Part shown: piece by piece, positions 49,315-61,568 of the stretch
How positions within the stretch are numbered: the stretch's first letter is position 1
Layout of the letters: each line of letters opens with the position of its first letter
From: Leucoraja erinacea
Lineage: Eukaryota
Assembly (NCBI RefSeq): GCF_028641065.1
Contig: NC_073409.1
Span: forward strand, 11,346,001-11,410,000
Reading direction: 5' to 3'
DNA: 64,000 bases
Position numbers and translations under genes: made by a program
The notes under the pieces: model-generated
Databases searched by the model: none
What the model was told of the DNA's origin: nothing
What the model saw: only the letters and a program-made list of their open reading frames with translations

Positions 49315-49491
49315 TTATTGAGGCCATTGAAAATTCACACAATTATAGAAGAGTACATAGGCTGCTGGCGACTGGACCTTCTGCTCAGAAATGCTGGTTA
49401 CTTTTGCATCGTTGAACTCATGCCAGTTCTGTGTCACTGGGTTCTTGCAGAAGGCTGTGTAGTGGCCACTGTCCAAGGTGCCGGTGTGGTT
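49315..49491 (-). CDS. USP50: USP50 last exon (His box, stop TAA)
   Basis: ccacag|AAC CAC ACC ...; NHTGTLDSGHYTAFCKNPVTQNWHEFNDAKV...AAYVLFYNCVNFQWPQ*. Confidence 0.92.
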   Translation of the reverse strand, partial: NHTGTLDSGHYTAFCKNPVTQNWHEFNDAKVTSISEQKVQSPAAYVLFYNCVNFQWPQ

Positions 49492-50175
49492 CTGTGGACA
49501 GGGCACAGAAATTTGACAACTTCAGGTAAAGATCTTATATGAAACATGTTCACACATTGAAAAGCTCAATGTATGGCTTACACTTTGGATCCAAAATTGG
49601 CTTGGCCATACATAAGAGGAGAATGATAGCAGGGAATTTTCCTGAATGGAGGTCTGTGATCAGTGGCATTTCACAAGGATTAGAGCTAGAACCTCTGTAA
49701 TGTAAACAATTGATGCAACGGAAAATCAAGGTGGGCGGATTACATTTGCAAATGACACAAAAATTGAAGTGATTAGTGAACAGGTTGTCAAAGGAAGCAG
49801 CAAGACATATTTGAGGAGGAGGTGGATACATTTCTGGTACATAAAACATCTGTGGCAAAGATCTGGTATTATGATACATGATCAGCCAAGATAATGTGGA
49901 AGAGCTGAATGAACTTCTGTTTGTAGTTTGCCATGATTCTAAGGTTCATTTGTGAACCGCCATCTGCCTGATCTTTCAGTTAGATTACATTCATGTGGAG
50001 ACGGGACTGCCCATCCATCACTGCGAGTTCCCATCTGTTACCAGCGTCCATACTCCCCTGACCCAGCCCCTCGAACAGACACGGATCTTTATAAAATGCT
50101 GCTGTATACTTTGCAAAAGAGAGTTTGATGAATGGATCGGAACTTCATTAACAAACAGATGAAGGTGAGACTCAC

Positions 50176-50308
50176 CACCACAGCATAGAGCTGATACTTC
50201 AGCTGCTGACTTGATGGATTGGTTGTGTACTGTGTCAGATCGAGATCTTCAAGTGGAAAAGTCACCGTGCTCGTCAGTTTCCTGTGGCCATGATCGTCTG
50301 ATTCAAAG
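50176..50308 (-). CDS. USP50: USP50 exon (133 bp)
   Basis: caccag|C TTT GAA ... GTG GTG|gtgag; FESDDHGHRKLTSTVTFPLEDLDLTQY...KYQLYAVV. Confidence 0.92.
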
Positions 50309-50650
50309 CTGGTGGGGAAAGGGAATGATTATAGCGCAGACAGCACTATTGAACAATTGTGAGGCAAGACATTGACACCGAAAGGGAGAACAACAGGGAG
50401 AGAGGGGCAGTCCATGCCCTTGAATATTCCAGTGGAAGGTGTTTGATGGCTCCTACACAGAGACAATCCCCATCATTTAAGTTATGCAAAGATTGGCATC
50501 AAAGACTGGCACTGATTAATCATTAATGGAAACTCTAGCTCACAGAGAGTCAAGCTCGGTCACCGAAGCTGGTGCTTCCTAGTGGGACTAGGGACCATCT
50601 CCTGCCCCCACCTCCCCTGACGGAAGGAAACCAAAGCTGGGAGAACTCAC

Positions 50651-50793
50651 CGCTTCAGGTGGATGATGATGATGTCAGGAGCCTTCAGCAGCTGGATACT
50701 CTCTGCCTGGTCCTGCTTCTGGCCGCAGAAGGAGCAGAAAGGCTGGTCCCTCGAGCTCAGAACCTCTTCTTTAAAGAACAGCCTGAGACAGTC
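50651..50793 (-). CDS. USP50: USP50 exon (143 bp)
   Basis: ttgcag|GAC TGT ... AAG CG|gtgag; DCLRLFFKEEVL...CSFC...KAPDIIIIHLKR. Confidence 0.92.
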
Positions 50794-51679
50794 CTGCAAT
50801 CAGCAGCCATCATTAGCAAAGCTGCAGCAGACGCCACACACCCCAACACAACACAACATTGTCAGCCTGATACAGATCCCCTCCCTGTGGGCCATTGGAG
50901 CCTGAGGTCAGGAGATCCACGTTGACCAGCCTCTACTGCAGAGGTTTCACTGACCACATTGCTATCCCTGCAGCGCTGCCCAGCCCAGGCTGATGCAGCC
51001 GGCAACCAGGAGACAGCCTACACACCAGCTGTGCAATTGCAATAGCCCAGAAACATCTACCACTGGAGTGTGAAAAGGGGAATGGTTAAAGATGTACAGG
51101 GCAAGTTTTTTTTACACAGGTGCCTGGAATTTGCTGCTGAGGATGATGGTGGAAACCGATACGATCGTGGCATTTTACTGGTTTTTGGAGAGACATATAA
51201 ATACCCAGGTAATGATGGGATCTGGATCACATGGAGGAAGAAGATAAGATTGATTTGGCCTTGTGTTCAGCAAAGATAATGTTGGCCACAGGGTCTGTCT
51301 TGTACTGTACAGTTCTACATACTTGATGAAAGGCAAACGGTGATTCGAATGAAGTCCGTGCAGATTGAAATCCTACCTCTCACCACAACAATACATCTCA
51401 ATCCCAACAAGTTTCACCTGGGAGCACAACTAATCTGCATGATGAATGAGAAATTGCCCAACCTTCTAGTTCCCCTCCTGACGTTTTGTTTGACCCCTGT
51501 GTCTGTTTCCTCCCTCCACCTCGCAACCTTTTGAAACGTCTTTGGAAACGGAAGGTCGCATATCGGCAGGTTTCTGGCCAACTACACAATCAAGTGTTAG
51601 TGCTAAATGTGGTATCAGGTTAGTGCACCGAAAGTTTGAAATCCATTTTCTTGGCATTAACATAATGGTGAGTCTTTAC

Positions 51680-51844
51680 CTGAATGGAACATCTGCTGTC
51701 AGTTGGCATGGGGAGTGAGAGGCTCAGGAAGTTCTCGGTTTGGTTGGACTTGTGGTAACAATTCAGGCAGAGTTTTAAGTAGCTCAGTTGCCCTTGGAAC
51801 AACTTTGTAACGATTGATGTTTCTATGTTTCTCACACCTGAAGA
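51680..51844 (-). CDS. USP50: USP50 exon (165 bp)
   Basis: tctcag|TCT TCA GGT ... ATT CAG|gtaaag; TSIVTKLFQGQLSYLKLCLNC...FLSLSLPMP. Confidence 0.88.
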
Positions 51845-51929
51845 CTGAGAAGAGAATATTCTTCAGTTCACTGTCCATCTCAAAAGGTCTGGTGTGTCTT
51901 AGTCAATACTCGCCAACAAGGGTGATTAT

Positions 51930-52190
51930 AGGGCGGCATTGCAGTGCAGCAAGTAGTGCTGCTACCTTGCAGCTCCAGTGACTTGGGTTCAATCCCAACC
52001 TTGGGTGCTGTTGATGTGGAGTCTGCTCGTTCTCCGTGCGACCACACAGGTTTCCCCAACTGCATTGGTTTCCTCCCTCATCCCCGTGCGACTGGTGGCT
52101 ACAAATTGTCCCTGGTGTTTGTGGGCAGTGGGAGAATCATGGCGGAGTTAATGGGTTTGTCAGAGAGATGAGGTTCCAGGGATATAAGTG
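51930..52190 (+). mobile_element. tRNA-derived V-SINE (HE1-like), near full length
   Basis: tRNA-like head ggcggcatt...gggttcaatccc (B box) followed by the tgtggagtctgctcgttctccg core. Confidence 0.6.
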
Positions 52191-53041
52191 GGACAATGAA
52201 ATATCTGTGAGGGACATGTCAATGGGGCTGCCCCATGGAGAGAGGCTGTGGCAAAGGTGTTGGAATTGTTGTCAAATATCAATCAATACATGATGGTATT
52301 ATCAATCGCAACATCGCCAGCAAATGCAATGTTGGGCTGGTACAGTGAATAATGAAGTGATAGTCACACAGCTTGGAAACAGGGCCTTTGGCCTGACTCA
52401 TCCATGAAGCCCCATCTCAGTTAGTCCATGTACACGTTTTTGGCCCATATTCCTCTAAACCGTTCCAATCCATGTACCTGTCCAAATATCTTTGAAATGT
52501 CACTACTGTACCAGTAGCTACGGCAGCTCGTGTCATATACTCACCACCCAATGTTTGAAAAAGTTATCACTCGGGTTCCTATTAAAACTTTTCCCTCTAG
52601 TGTTTTACTTCCCTATGGAATAATGGAATAATGGCAACTAAGTTGGAGGAACTCAGCGATTCAGACATCATCTGTGGAAGGATTGGACGAACCCCGTTTC
52701 AGGTTGGGACCCTTCTTCAGACTGAAGAGTCCCGACCCAACACATTGTCTGCCCATTACTCTTACAGATGCTGCCTGACCCAACTACGTTCTCCAGCAGT
52801 TTTTGTTTTGTTTAAGAATTCAGCACCTGCAGTCTCAGGTCACTATTGGCAAGTGAGTTGTCTATTTGTACATTTTATGAGTAAAGTAATCTTTTGAAAG
52901 AAGAAGGGCCAGAGGGGCAACAGCTGTTTTAAGCAGTCAGGTTGTCAGGGAAGGTGAGTGGAATGGGCTGCTGACTGCTCTTCAGTGTAAATGTCCTCTC
53001 CCTTCAGTGCTGTCCACTGCGTACATTCCCCGAGCACTCAC

Positions 53042-53237
53042 TCTCTTCAGATCATTTTGGAGAACGTTGAGAAAGAAGAGAAGCAGCTCCTGGGCATCTT
53101 GCTGGGTCCCATCGGAGAAGGAAGCGTGCATCTTTCCCAGAACTCTCTTCACTTCATCCGGAAAGATGTACACACTATCCCCCAACCACATGTCCATCAC
53201 TAATGCCGAGAAGGCATTAGATAGCTCCCCACGGCCT
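53042..53237 (-). CDS. USP50: USP50 exon (196 bp, QQD box)
   Basis: atgcag|A GGC CGT ... AAG AGA|gtgagt; GELSNAFSALVMDMWLG...QQDAQELLLFFLNVLQNDLKR. Confidence 0.92.
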
Positions 53238-53738
53238 CTGCATAAGGAAAGATCTGTCAGAAGTGGAAAAACTATCCGAGTGCAGGTGATACTGATCCAT
53301 TAGATGGCGCCAGATTTCACTCACAGCCCACAATTCATGCCACAACCCCCTCCCCTCACCCCCTCACCTCAGCCAACCCCAACCCCATTAACCCCTCACC
53401 CTCAACCCCACTCACCAAACCCACCTCTCCGCGTATCTCACTCACCCACTCCTGGTTTACCCAGCTAACCCCCCTCCACCAATCCCACCACGACCCACAC
53501 ACACCCACTCAGCCCTTACTCTCCTTTCACTCCTTCACCTCACTCACCCGTTCCCACTCACCTCCCCTTTCACTCAGCCCTCACTCCAATTCTCATCTTG
53601 CCCCATCCAGCCTTCCCCTGGCCCTCTCAACCAACCCCTCCCATTCACCTCATTCCACCCACTTCTCCCCTTACCCTCGCCCCTTCAGCCGACTGCTGGG
53701 GGTGGGGGGTGAGGGCCGAGTGCTGAGCTGGTGCCCAC

Positions 53739-53960
53739 CTGCTTATATCATCAGCGTAGGCCCCGGTGATGAAGTACTCGACCAGTGGCGTGGTGTTGCT
53801 CAGGCACTGCAGGATGCAGTTCATGTAGCAGGTGTTGCCCGTGTTGCCCAGGCCTGTCTGCCCGGCGCCCCCATCCTGCCGCTCGATGCCAGCGCTGGAG
53901 ACGCTGGAGTCAAACAGCGAGCCATTGCTGTACTTGGGGACAAGGTGGTAGTATCGTGCT
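53739..53960 (-). CDS. USP50: USP50 exon (222 bp, Cys box)
   Basis: ccccag|A GCA CGA TAC TAC ... AGC AG|gtggg; TGLGNTGNTCYMNCILQCLSNTTPLVEYFITG. Confidence 0.9.
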
Positions 53961-54114
53961 CTGGGGAGGGGGGGAGGGGTAGAGGGGAAAGTGGGGGATG
54001 AAGAAACAGGAAGAGGGGGTGAAGAAGGGGGGGGGGGAGGGGGAGGGGTGAAGGAATGAGAGGAAGGTGAAGGTTGGAGTATGGATGGGTAGCAGTTGTG
54101 GAGAGGGGCGGGTA

Positions 54115-55250
54115 GAGAGGGTGAGGTGGAGGTGGTGGGAGGTGGGAGGGGGTGGGAGGGGAGGGGAGAGGGGTGGGAGATGGAGGGGTGGGAGGTGGAG
54201 GGGTGGGGGGTGGAGGGGTGGGAGATGGAGGGGTGGGAGGTGGAGGGGGTGGGAGGTGATGGGGGGTGGAGGGGTGGGGTGGGAGGTGGAGGGGTGGGAG
54301 GGGAGGGGTGGGAGGTGGAGGGGTGGGAGGGTGGGAGGTGAGGGGTGGGAGGTGGAGGGGGGAGGTGGGGGGGAGGTGGAGGGGTGGGAGGATGGAGGGG
54401 TGGGAGGTGGGGAGGGGAGGGAGGGGTGGGAGGTGGAGGGGGTGGGAGGTGGAGGGGTGGGAGGTGGAGGGGAGGGGAGGAGGGAGGGGTGGGAGGTGGA
54501 GGGGGGGGAGGTGAGGGGTGGGAGGTGGAGGGGGGTGGAGGTGGAGGGGTGGGAGATGGAGGGGTGGAGGGGTGGAGATGGAGGGGTGGGGTGGTGGAGG
54601 TGGAGGTGGGGTGGAGGGGTGGGAGGGGTGGGAGGTGGAGGTGGGAGGGGTGGGAGGTGGAGGGGGTGGGGGTGGGAGGGGTGGGGGTGGGAGAGGAGGG
54701 GTGGGAGGTGGAGGGGGGGGGGGGGTGGGAGGTGGAGGGTGGGAGGTGGAGGGGTGGAGGGGTGGGGGGGTTGGAGGGGTGGGAGGGGGAGGGGTGGGTA
54801 GAGGGGTGGGAGGTGGAGGGGTGGGAGGTGGAGGGGGGTGGGAGGGGAGGGGTGGGAGGTGGAGGGGTGGGAGGTGGAGGGGTGGGAGGTGGGCTGGGTG
54901 GAGGGGTGGGAGGTGGAGGGGTGGGAGGTGGAGGGGTGGGAGGTGGAGGGGTGGGGGTGGAGGGGGTGGGAGGGTGGAGGGGTGGGAGGTGGAGGGGTGG
55001 GAGATGGAGGGGGGGGGGTGATGGAGGGGTGGGAGATGGAGGGGTGGGAGGTTAGGATGGGGTGGGAGGTGAGGGGTGGGGGGGTGGAGGGGTGGGAGGT
55101 GGAGGGGTGGGAGGGTGGGGGGGGTGGAGGTGGAGGGGGTGGGAGGTGGAGGGTGAGGGTAGGGGGTGGGAGGTGGAGATGGAGGGGTGGGAGATGGAGG
55201 GGGTGGAAGGTAGAGGGGTGGGAGATGGAGGGGTGGGAGGTGGAGGGTAG
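54115..55250 (+). repeat. G-rich minisatellite, about 15-bp unit TGGGAGGTGGAGGGG
   Basis: Directly visible tandem units over about 1.1 kb. Confidence 0.9.
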
Positions 55251-55354
55251 TTGAGAGGGTTGAATAAAAAACTAATCACAACTCTGCCACTGACGGGACG
55301 TTGCCCCTTCGCCGGGCTGACCCCGCGTGACCCCACCCGCGTGGGTACACTGTG

Positions 55355-55368
55355 GTTTCCATGGCAAC
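55355..55368. promoter_or_regulatory. RFX X-box GTTTCCATGGCAAC in a small CpG-rich patch
   Basis: Exact match to the palindromic RFX consensus GTTNCCATGGNAAC. Confidence 0.6.
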
Positions 55369-55450
55369 CACAGGCCAGGTCGCGCGGGCACAGCCCGGTG
55401 GTGAGTCTTTCAACCGCAGGACCAGGCCTGGGGCGATGGGCCGAGCACAC

Positions 55451-55567
55451 CTGGTCCAGCAGGCTCTCATGGGGCCCTGGCCTGGGAACAGGCCTTGGGA
55501 TCGCCCGACATCAACAGAGGGGGCGAGACCACGGAAGCAGACCAGTCGTCCCACCGGCCCGCGTCCA
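55451..55567 (-). CDS. USP50: candidate symmetric (phase 2-2) 117-bp USP50 5' exon, or alternative first exon
   Basis: ttggcag|T GGA CGC ... TGG ACC AG|gtgtgc is open and in frame with the Cys-box exon; contains an internal ATG (MRACWT); no homology support. Confidence 0.35.
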
Positions 55568-55634
55568 CTGCCAAGAGCCCGTTAACCATTCAATTTATGG
55601 GACTCAAGTAACGCTGTGGGTACGGGACATGATA

Positions 55635-56320
55635 TAGACAATAGGTGCAGGAGTAGGCCATTTGGCCCTTCAAGAGAGTTAGATGTGGCACTTGTGGCCA
55701 AGGGGATCAGAGGGGGATGGAGAAAAGGCAGGTACGGGATACTGAGTTGGATGATCAGCCATGATCATATTAAATGGCGGTGCAGGCTCGAAGGGCCGAA
55801 TGGCCTACTCCTGCACCTAATTTCTATGTTTCTATGTAAGCCAGCACTGCCATTCAATATGATCATGGCCGATCATCCACAATCTACCCCGTTCCTGCCT
55901 TCTCCCCATATCCCCTGACTCCGCTATCTTTAAGAGATCTATCTTACTCTCTCTTGAAAACGTCAAATGAACCAGCCTCCACTGCCTTCTGAGGCAGAGA
56001 ATTCCACAGATTTACAACTCTCTGTGAGAAAAAGTTTTTCCTCATTTATTTCTAAATGGCTTACCCCTTATTTATAAACTGTGGCCCCTGGTTCTGGACT
56101 CCCCCAACATCGGGAACATGTTTCCTGCCTCTAGCGTGTCCAAACCCTGAAGAATCTTATATGTTTCAATAAAATACCCTCTCATCCTTCTAAATTCCAG
56201 AGTTTACAAGCCCAGCCGCTCCATTCTATCAACATATGACAGTCCCGCCATCCTGGGAATTCACCTGGTGAACCTATACTGCACTCCCTCAATAGCAAGA
56301 ATGTCCTTCCTCAAATTCCT
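55635..56320. mobile_element. two CR1/HER1 3' fragments in opposite orientations
   Basis: + copy ends tatgtttctatgt at about 55835; - copy 55840-56320 includes RKDILAIEGVQYRFTR. Confidence 0.75.
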
Positions 56321-57022
56321 AAAGCGACAAGTGTAGCATTTCCTGCGGTTGCAAGGGAACGTACCAGGGGAGGGGATGGTTTGGGTGGGAAGGGATGAAT
56401 TGACCAGCTCCCTGTCCACTCCCCTGGTACTTTTCTTTGCAACCACAGGAAATGCTACACTTGTCGCTTTACCTCCCCCCTTGACTCCATCCAAGGACCC
56501 AAGCAGTCTTTCCAGGTGAGGCAGAGGTTCACCTGCACCTCCTCCAACCTCATCTATTGCATCCGCTGTTCCAGGTGCCAACTGCTCTACATCGGTGAGA
56601 CAAAGCGCATGCTTGGCGATCGCTTCGCCCAACACCTCCGCTCAGTTCGCAATAACCAACCTGATCTCCCAGTGGCTCAGCGCTAAAATTCCCCTCCCAG
56701 TCCGAATCCGACCTTTTGGTCCTGGGCCTCCTCCATGGCCAGAGTGAGTCCTACTGCAAATTGGAGGAGCAGCACCTCATGTTTCGCTTGGGTAGTTTAC
56801 AGCCCAGCGGTATGAACATTGACCTCCAATTTCAGGTAGTCCTTGCTTTCTCCTTCCCCTCCCCCTCCCAGCTCTCCCACAGCCTACTGTCTCCACAACT
56901 TCCTTTCTTTTTCTCGCCCCCCCCCCACATCAGTCTGAAGAAGCTTCTCGACCCGAAACGTCACCTATTCCTTCGCTCCATAGATGCTGCCTCACTCGCT
57001 GGGTTTCTCCAGCATTTTTGTC
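56321..57022 (+). mobile_element. Penelope-like element 3' part: GIY-YIG endonuclease + pLTR with hammerhead core and 5' inversion
   Basis: + strand reads ...KCYTC...GPKQSFQVRQRFTCTSSNLIYCIRCSRCQLLYIGETKRMLGDRFAQHLRSV (IY...YIG-E-T-R signature); ends cagtctgaagaag...cccgaaacgtc...ccagcatttttgtc; 56321-56370 is an inverted copy of about 56420-56470. Confidence 0.85.
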
Positions 57023-58289
57023 CAAACTCCCATGTCTGCTGCTCTCCCTTCACAGCTGTTTCTATGATTCTCTACCTCGCACTATGTTTTTGTTTCCGGT
57101 TTACGAACAGTTTAGATTACGAACCGTTCTCAGGAACAAAACCCTCGAGGTAACACATGCTTTGCTTGCACCTCCCTCTACTCTGCAAACCAAAGATCAC
57201 CCAAAACTCCATTCCAACAATAATTTGGCAAGGCTAGAAAACAAGGTGAGCCAGTCTTATGGACAAGATTCACTTAAATATAGGGAAAAAAGTAAGTCAG
57301 TCCAAAGACAGAGCAGATATGGCATAGAGTTATACATCATGGAAGCAGTCCCTTCAGCCTAAATCATCGACACCATTGTCTAGTAGAGCTAATCCCACTT
57401 GCTTGCGCCTGGCCGATATCCCTCAACAACTCTCCTATCCTTGAATCTGTTGAAGAATCTTTTAAATGTTAATTGTACCACCTCTACCAATTCTTCTGGC
57501 AGCTCATTCTACTTATGCACCACATTCTGTGTGGAAAAGGTTGACCCTTAGACCACTTTCAAATCTTTCTCTTCACACCTTAAACCTTTGCCTTTCAGTT
57601 TTAGACTCCCCTGCATCGGAGAAAACACTATGGTTATTGGTAAGGCAAATAGAAAGATTGGAAAGCTGAATTGTCAGGGCAATGTCAGACAGAATTTGAT
57701 CCTGTTAAGTGTTCTGGGGAAATCAATCAAGGATGGTTATATCAATGAATGGCAAGCCCTGAGGGAGTATTGAGAAATAAAGGTATCTTGACATACTGCA
57801 CTAAACCAAAAATCCCTGAAAGTGGCAGTGGAGATAGATAGCAGGGTGAATTAGGCATATGGGATGCTTGCCTTTATCGGCCAAGGCACAGGAGGGAGGT
57901 CTTGGTTTGACTTTATAAAGCATTGTTTTTGCCATAGCTGGAGCACTGTGTACAGTCCAGTTGCTACACTATATGTGATTGCACTGGAGAGGGTGCAGAG
58001 GAAATCCACCTGAATGTTGCCTGTAGTAGTTACCTAAAATTGGAGATTTCAATGTTCATACCATTGGGTTGTAAGCCCCCCACACATTAATATGAGGTGC
58101 TGTTCCTCCAGTTTGCATGTGGCCTCATCCTGGCAATGGCGTTGTTCAAGCACTTAAATTGCCACAGAATGAAGGCCTATGGACTAAGTGCTGATACTTA
58201 AGATTACTGTAAAGATTTACTTGATTTTGGCATGTACATGATGGCCCCAAGATCCTGTTTCTGTGTTAGGTTACGCAATGACACAAACA

Positions 58290-60118
58290 TTACCTCACCC
58301 TACCCACACCCCCACTACCACCTCATACACCCCCGCTACCACTACATACACCCCCACTACCACTACATACACCCCCACTACCACTACCCACACCCCCACT
58401 ACCTCTACACCACACCCCCACTACCTCTACACACACCCACTACCTCTACATACACCCCCACTACCTCTACCCACACACCCACTACCTCTACATACACCCC
58501 CACTACCTCTACATACACCCCCACTACCTCTACCCACACCCCCACTACCACTAGATACACCCCCACTACCACTACATACACCCCCACTACCACTACCCAC
58601 ACCCCCACTACCACTACATACACCCCCCACTACCACTACATACACCCCCCCACTACCTCTACCCACACCCCCACTACCACTACCACACACCCCACACCTA
58701 CCTACTACCCACACCCCCACTACCACTAGATACACCCCCACTACCACTACATACACCCCCACTACCTCTACCCACACCCCACTACCTCTACATACACCCC
58801 CACTACCACTACCCCACACCCCCACACACCACTACCACTACCCACACCCCCCACTACCACTACATACACCCCCACTACCACTACATACACACCCCACTAC
58901 CTCTACCCACACCCCACAACCACCCACTACCACTACACTACCCCCCACTACCACTACATACACACCCACTACCTCTACCCACACCCCCACTACCCCACAC
59001 CCCCACTACCACTACCCGCCCCCCCACTACCTCTACCTACACCCCCACTACCCCTACATACACCCCCCCTACCACTACCCACACCCCCACTACCACTACA
59101 TACACCCCCACTACCACTACATACACCCCCACTACCTCTACCCACACCCCCACTACCACTACATACACCCCCACTACCACTACCCACACCCCCACTACCA
59201 CTACCCACACCCCCTACACTACCCACCACCCACCTACACACCCCCACTACCTCTACATACACCCCCACTACCACTACATACACCCCCACTACCACTACAT
59301 ACACCCCCACTACCTCTACATACACCCCCACTACCACTACCCACACCCCCACTACCTCTACATACACACCCACTACCTCTACCCACACCCCCCCTACCTA
59401 CTACATACACCCCACTACCTCTACATACACCCCCACTACCACCCACACCCCACTACCACTACACCTACACACCCCACTACCACTACATACACCCCCACTA
59501 CCACTACATACACCCCACTACCACTACATACACCCCACTACCACTACATACACCCCCACTACACTACACCACCCCACTACCACTACATACACCCCCACTA
59601 CCACTACATACACCCCCACTACCTCTACATACACCCCCACTACCTAACATACACCCCCACTACCACTACCCACACCCCCACTACCACTACCCATACACCC
59701 CCACTACCACTTTACCATACACCCCACTACCACCCCACACCCCACTACATACATACACCCCACTACCACTACATACACCCCCCACTACCACTACATACAC
59801 ACCCCACACCTACCACTACACCACCCCCACTACCACTACATACAACACCCAACACTACCACTACATACACCCCCACTACCTCTACCCCACACCCCACTAC
59901 CACTACATACACCCCCACTACCACTACATACACCCCCACTACCACTACCCACACCCCCACTACCTCTACATACACCCCCACTACCTCTACATACACACCC
60001 CCACTACCACTACATACACCCCACTACCACTACATACACCCCACTACCTCTACATACACCCCCACTACCACTACATACACCCACTACCACTACATACACC
60101 CCCACTACCCACTACATG
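58290..60118 (+). repeat. C/A-rich minisatellite, about 21-bp unit CACCCCCACTACCACTACATA
   Basis: Directly visible tandem units over about 1.8 kb. Confidence 0.92.
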
Positions 60119-61019
60119 AACCCCATAACCCTCATCTATCTCTTGTTTCACCTCTCAACCACATCACTCTCTTAAACCATCCTATTATTCCCATTGAAGC
60201 CACGGGCCTCCCTCCAGCAAAGTCACACTCACTTTTCCATCCCCAGATCTTTCTCCTCCCACCCCAACATCCCTCGGCAGCTTCTCCCAGTTCTGGGACA
60301 TGCCTGCAGCACTGAAGCCCCCAGAGAAGGGAGATACTGTTGCAGTGAGAGAGGCCCTTAGTTTAGTTGCACATTTTGGTAAACCCTCAAAATGGCTTTT
60401 AAATCGTAATTTGAAACGCTGGTCTTATATTTATACAAAGTGACATTCCTCTGAGGCTATTTATGATCCCATCAGGATCCTTGAGTTATATAGTGTGGAC
60501 ACAGGCCCTTCAGCCCAACTTGCCTACGCTGAAGTTGTCTAATCAAGTTTGTCATACTTACCCGCTCCGGGCCCAAATTGTTCCAAATCTTCCATGTACT
60601 AAAGTATCTTTCAAATGTCATAATGCACCTGTCTTTCCTACTTCCATTGTTCAGCCGTTCACTAAACTAATTAAAAAATCTCTAGATAGCTAGAATCCAT
60701 TTTTGCAGGGCTAAACAGGCACGAGGAATCTGAGGTGTGTGGGCAAACTGATTCCAAAGTTGGCTGGGTGATAGGAGGCAAAGCAAGTGGTTTATCTGAC
60801 TGGAAGTCTGGGACCAGTGGATGACTGGGGCGTGAGTGGTCCTTGAATATATTGGATGCTTTCCCGAGGCATTGTGAAGTACAGAAGAAGTGGAGAATTT
60901 GTGGGACCAGCGCAATAATTACATTGAATTAATTAATTATGCTTTTGATTAAACTCATGATTAGGAAATCTTCCAACCAATAGATTTTCTGAAAAATGAT
61001 CATGTATTGGTTGTCGTGT

Positions 61020-61530
61020 TGCAGTTGAGGAAAGCATTGTCCAGGCTGCACTTGGAGTATTGTGTACAGTTCTGAACGCCACACTACAGCAAGGATGTGG
61101 CAACAATGGTTTCAACAGGATATTGCCTGGAATGGAGGCTTTTTGTTACAAAGAAAGATTGAATAGGTTGGGTTTATTCTCACTGCAACACAGGAAGTTG
61201 AGGTGCGACCTGATAGAGATTTATAAAAAGTATGAGGAGCATAGATATGACAGACAGGCAGAATCATTTCTCCAAGACAGGAGGGATCTAAAACTAGAGG
61301 GTTACTTAAACGGTAAGTTGTTCCAAACTAAGAGTGGTAGTTATCTGGAACAAACTGCCTGAGGAGGTGGAGGAGGCAGGTACAATTACAATAGTTAAAA
61401 GGCATTTGGACAGTTATTTAGATAGGAAATGAATAGACAGATATAGGCCTAATGTATGCAAATAGGATTAGTATAGATAGGAATTACAGTCGACATGGGT
61501 CTAAAGGGAGTTACTGGGCTGTAGGGTTTT
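61020..61530 (+). mobile_element. CR1-type LINE 3' fragment
   Basis: cacttggagtattgtgtacagttct; YKERLNRLGLFSL..RKLRCDLIEIYK. Confidence 0.7.
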
Positions 61531-61568
61531 ATGATTCTTTAGCTGAAGAGAATACAGTCAGAACTTAC

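Noticed and set aside
51930-52010. tRNA-like sequence with a B box
   Set aside because: It is the head of a V-SINE and does not form a full cloverleaf, so it is not a tRNA gene.
54067-55254. Gly/Trp/Arg-rich ORFs
   Set aside because: Translation of a G-rich 15-bp tandem repeat; no splice or homology support.
58232-60119. 618-aa Pro/Thr/His/Tyr-rich ORF resembling an extensin or mucin
   Set aside because: It is the translation of a 21-bp minisatellite; several frames on both strands are open for lack of stop codons, and it lies in a USP50 intron.
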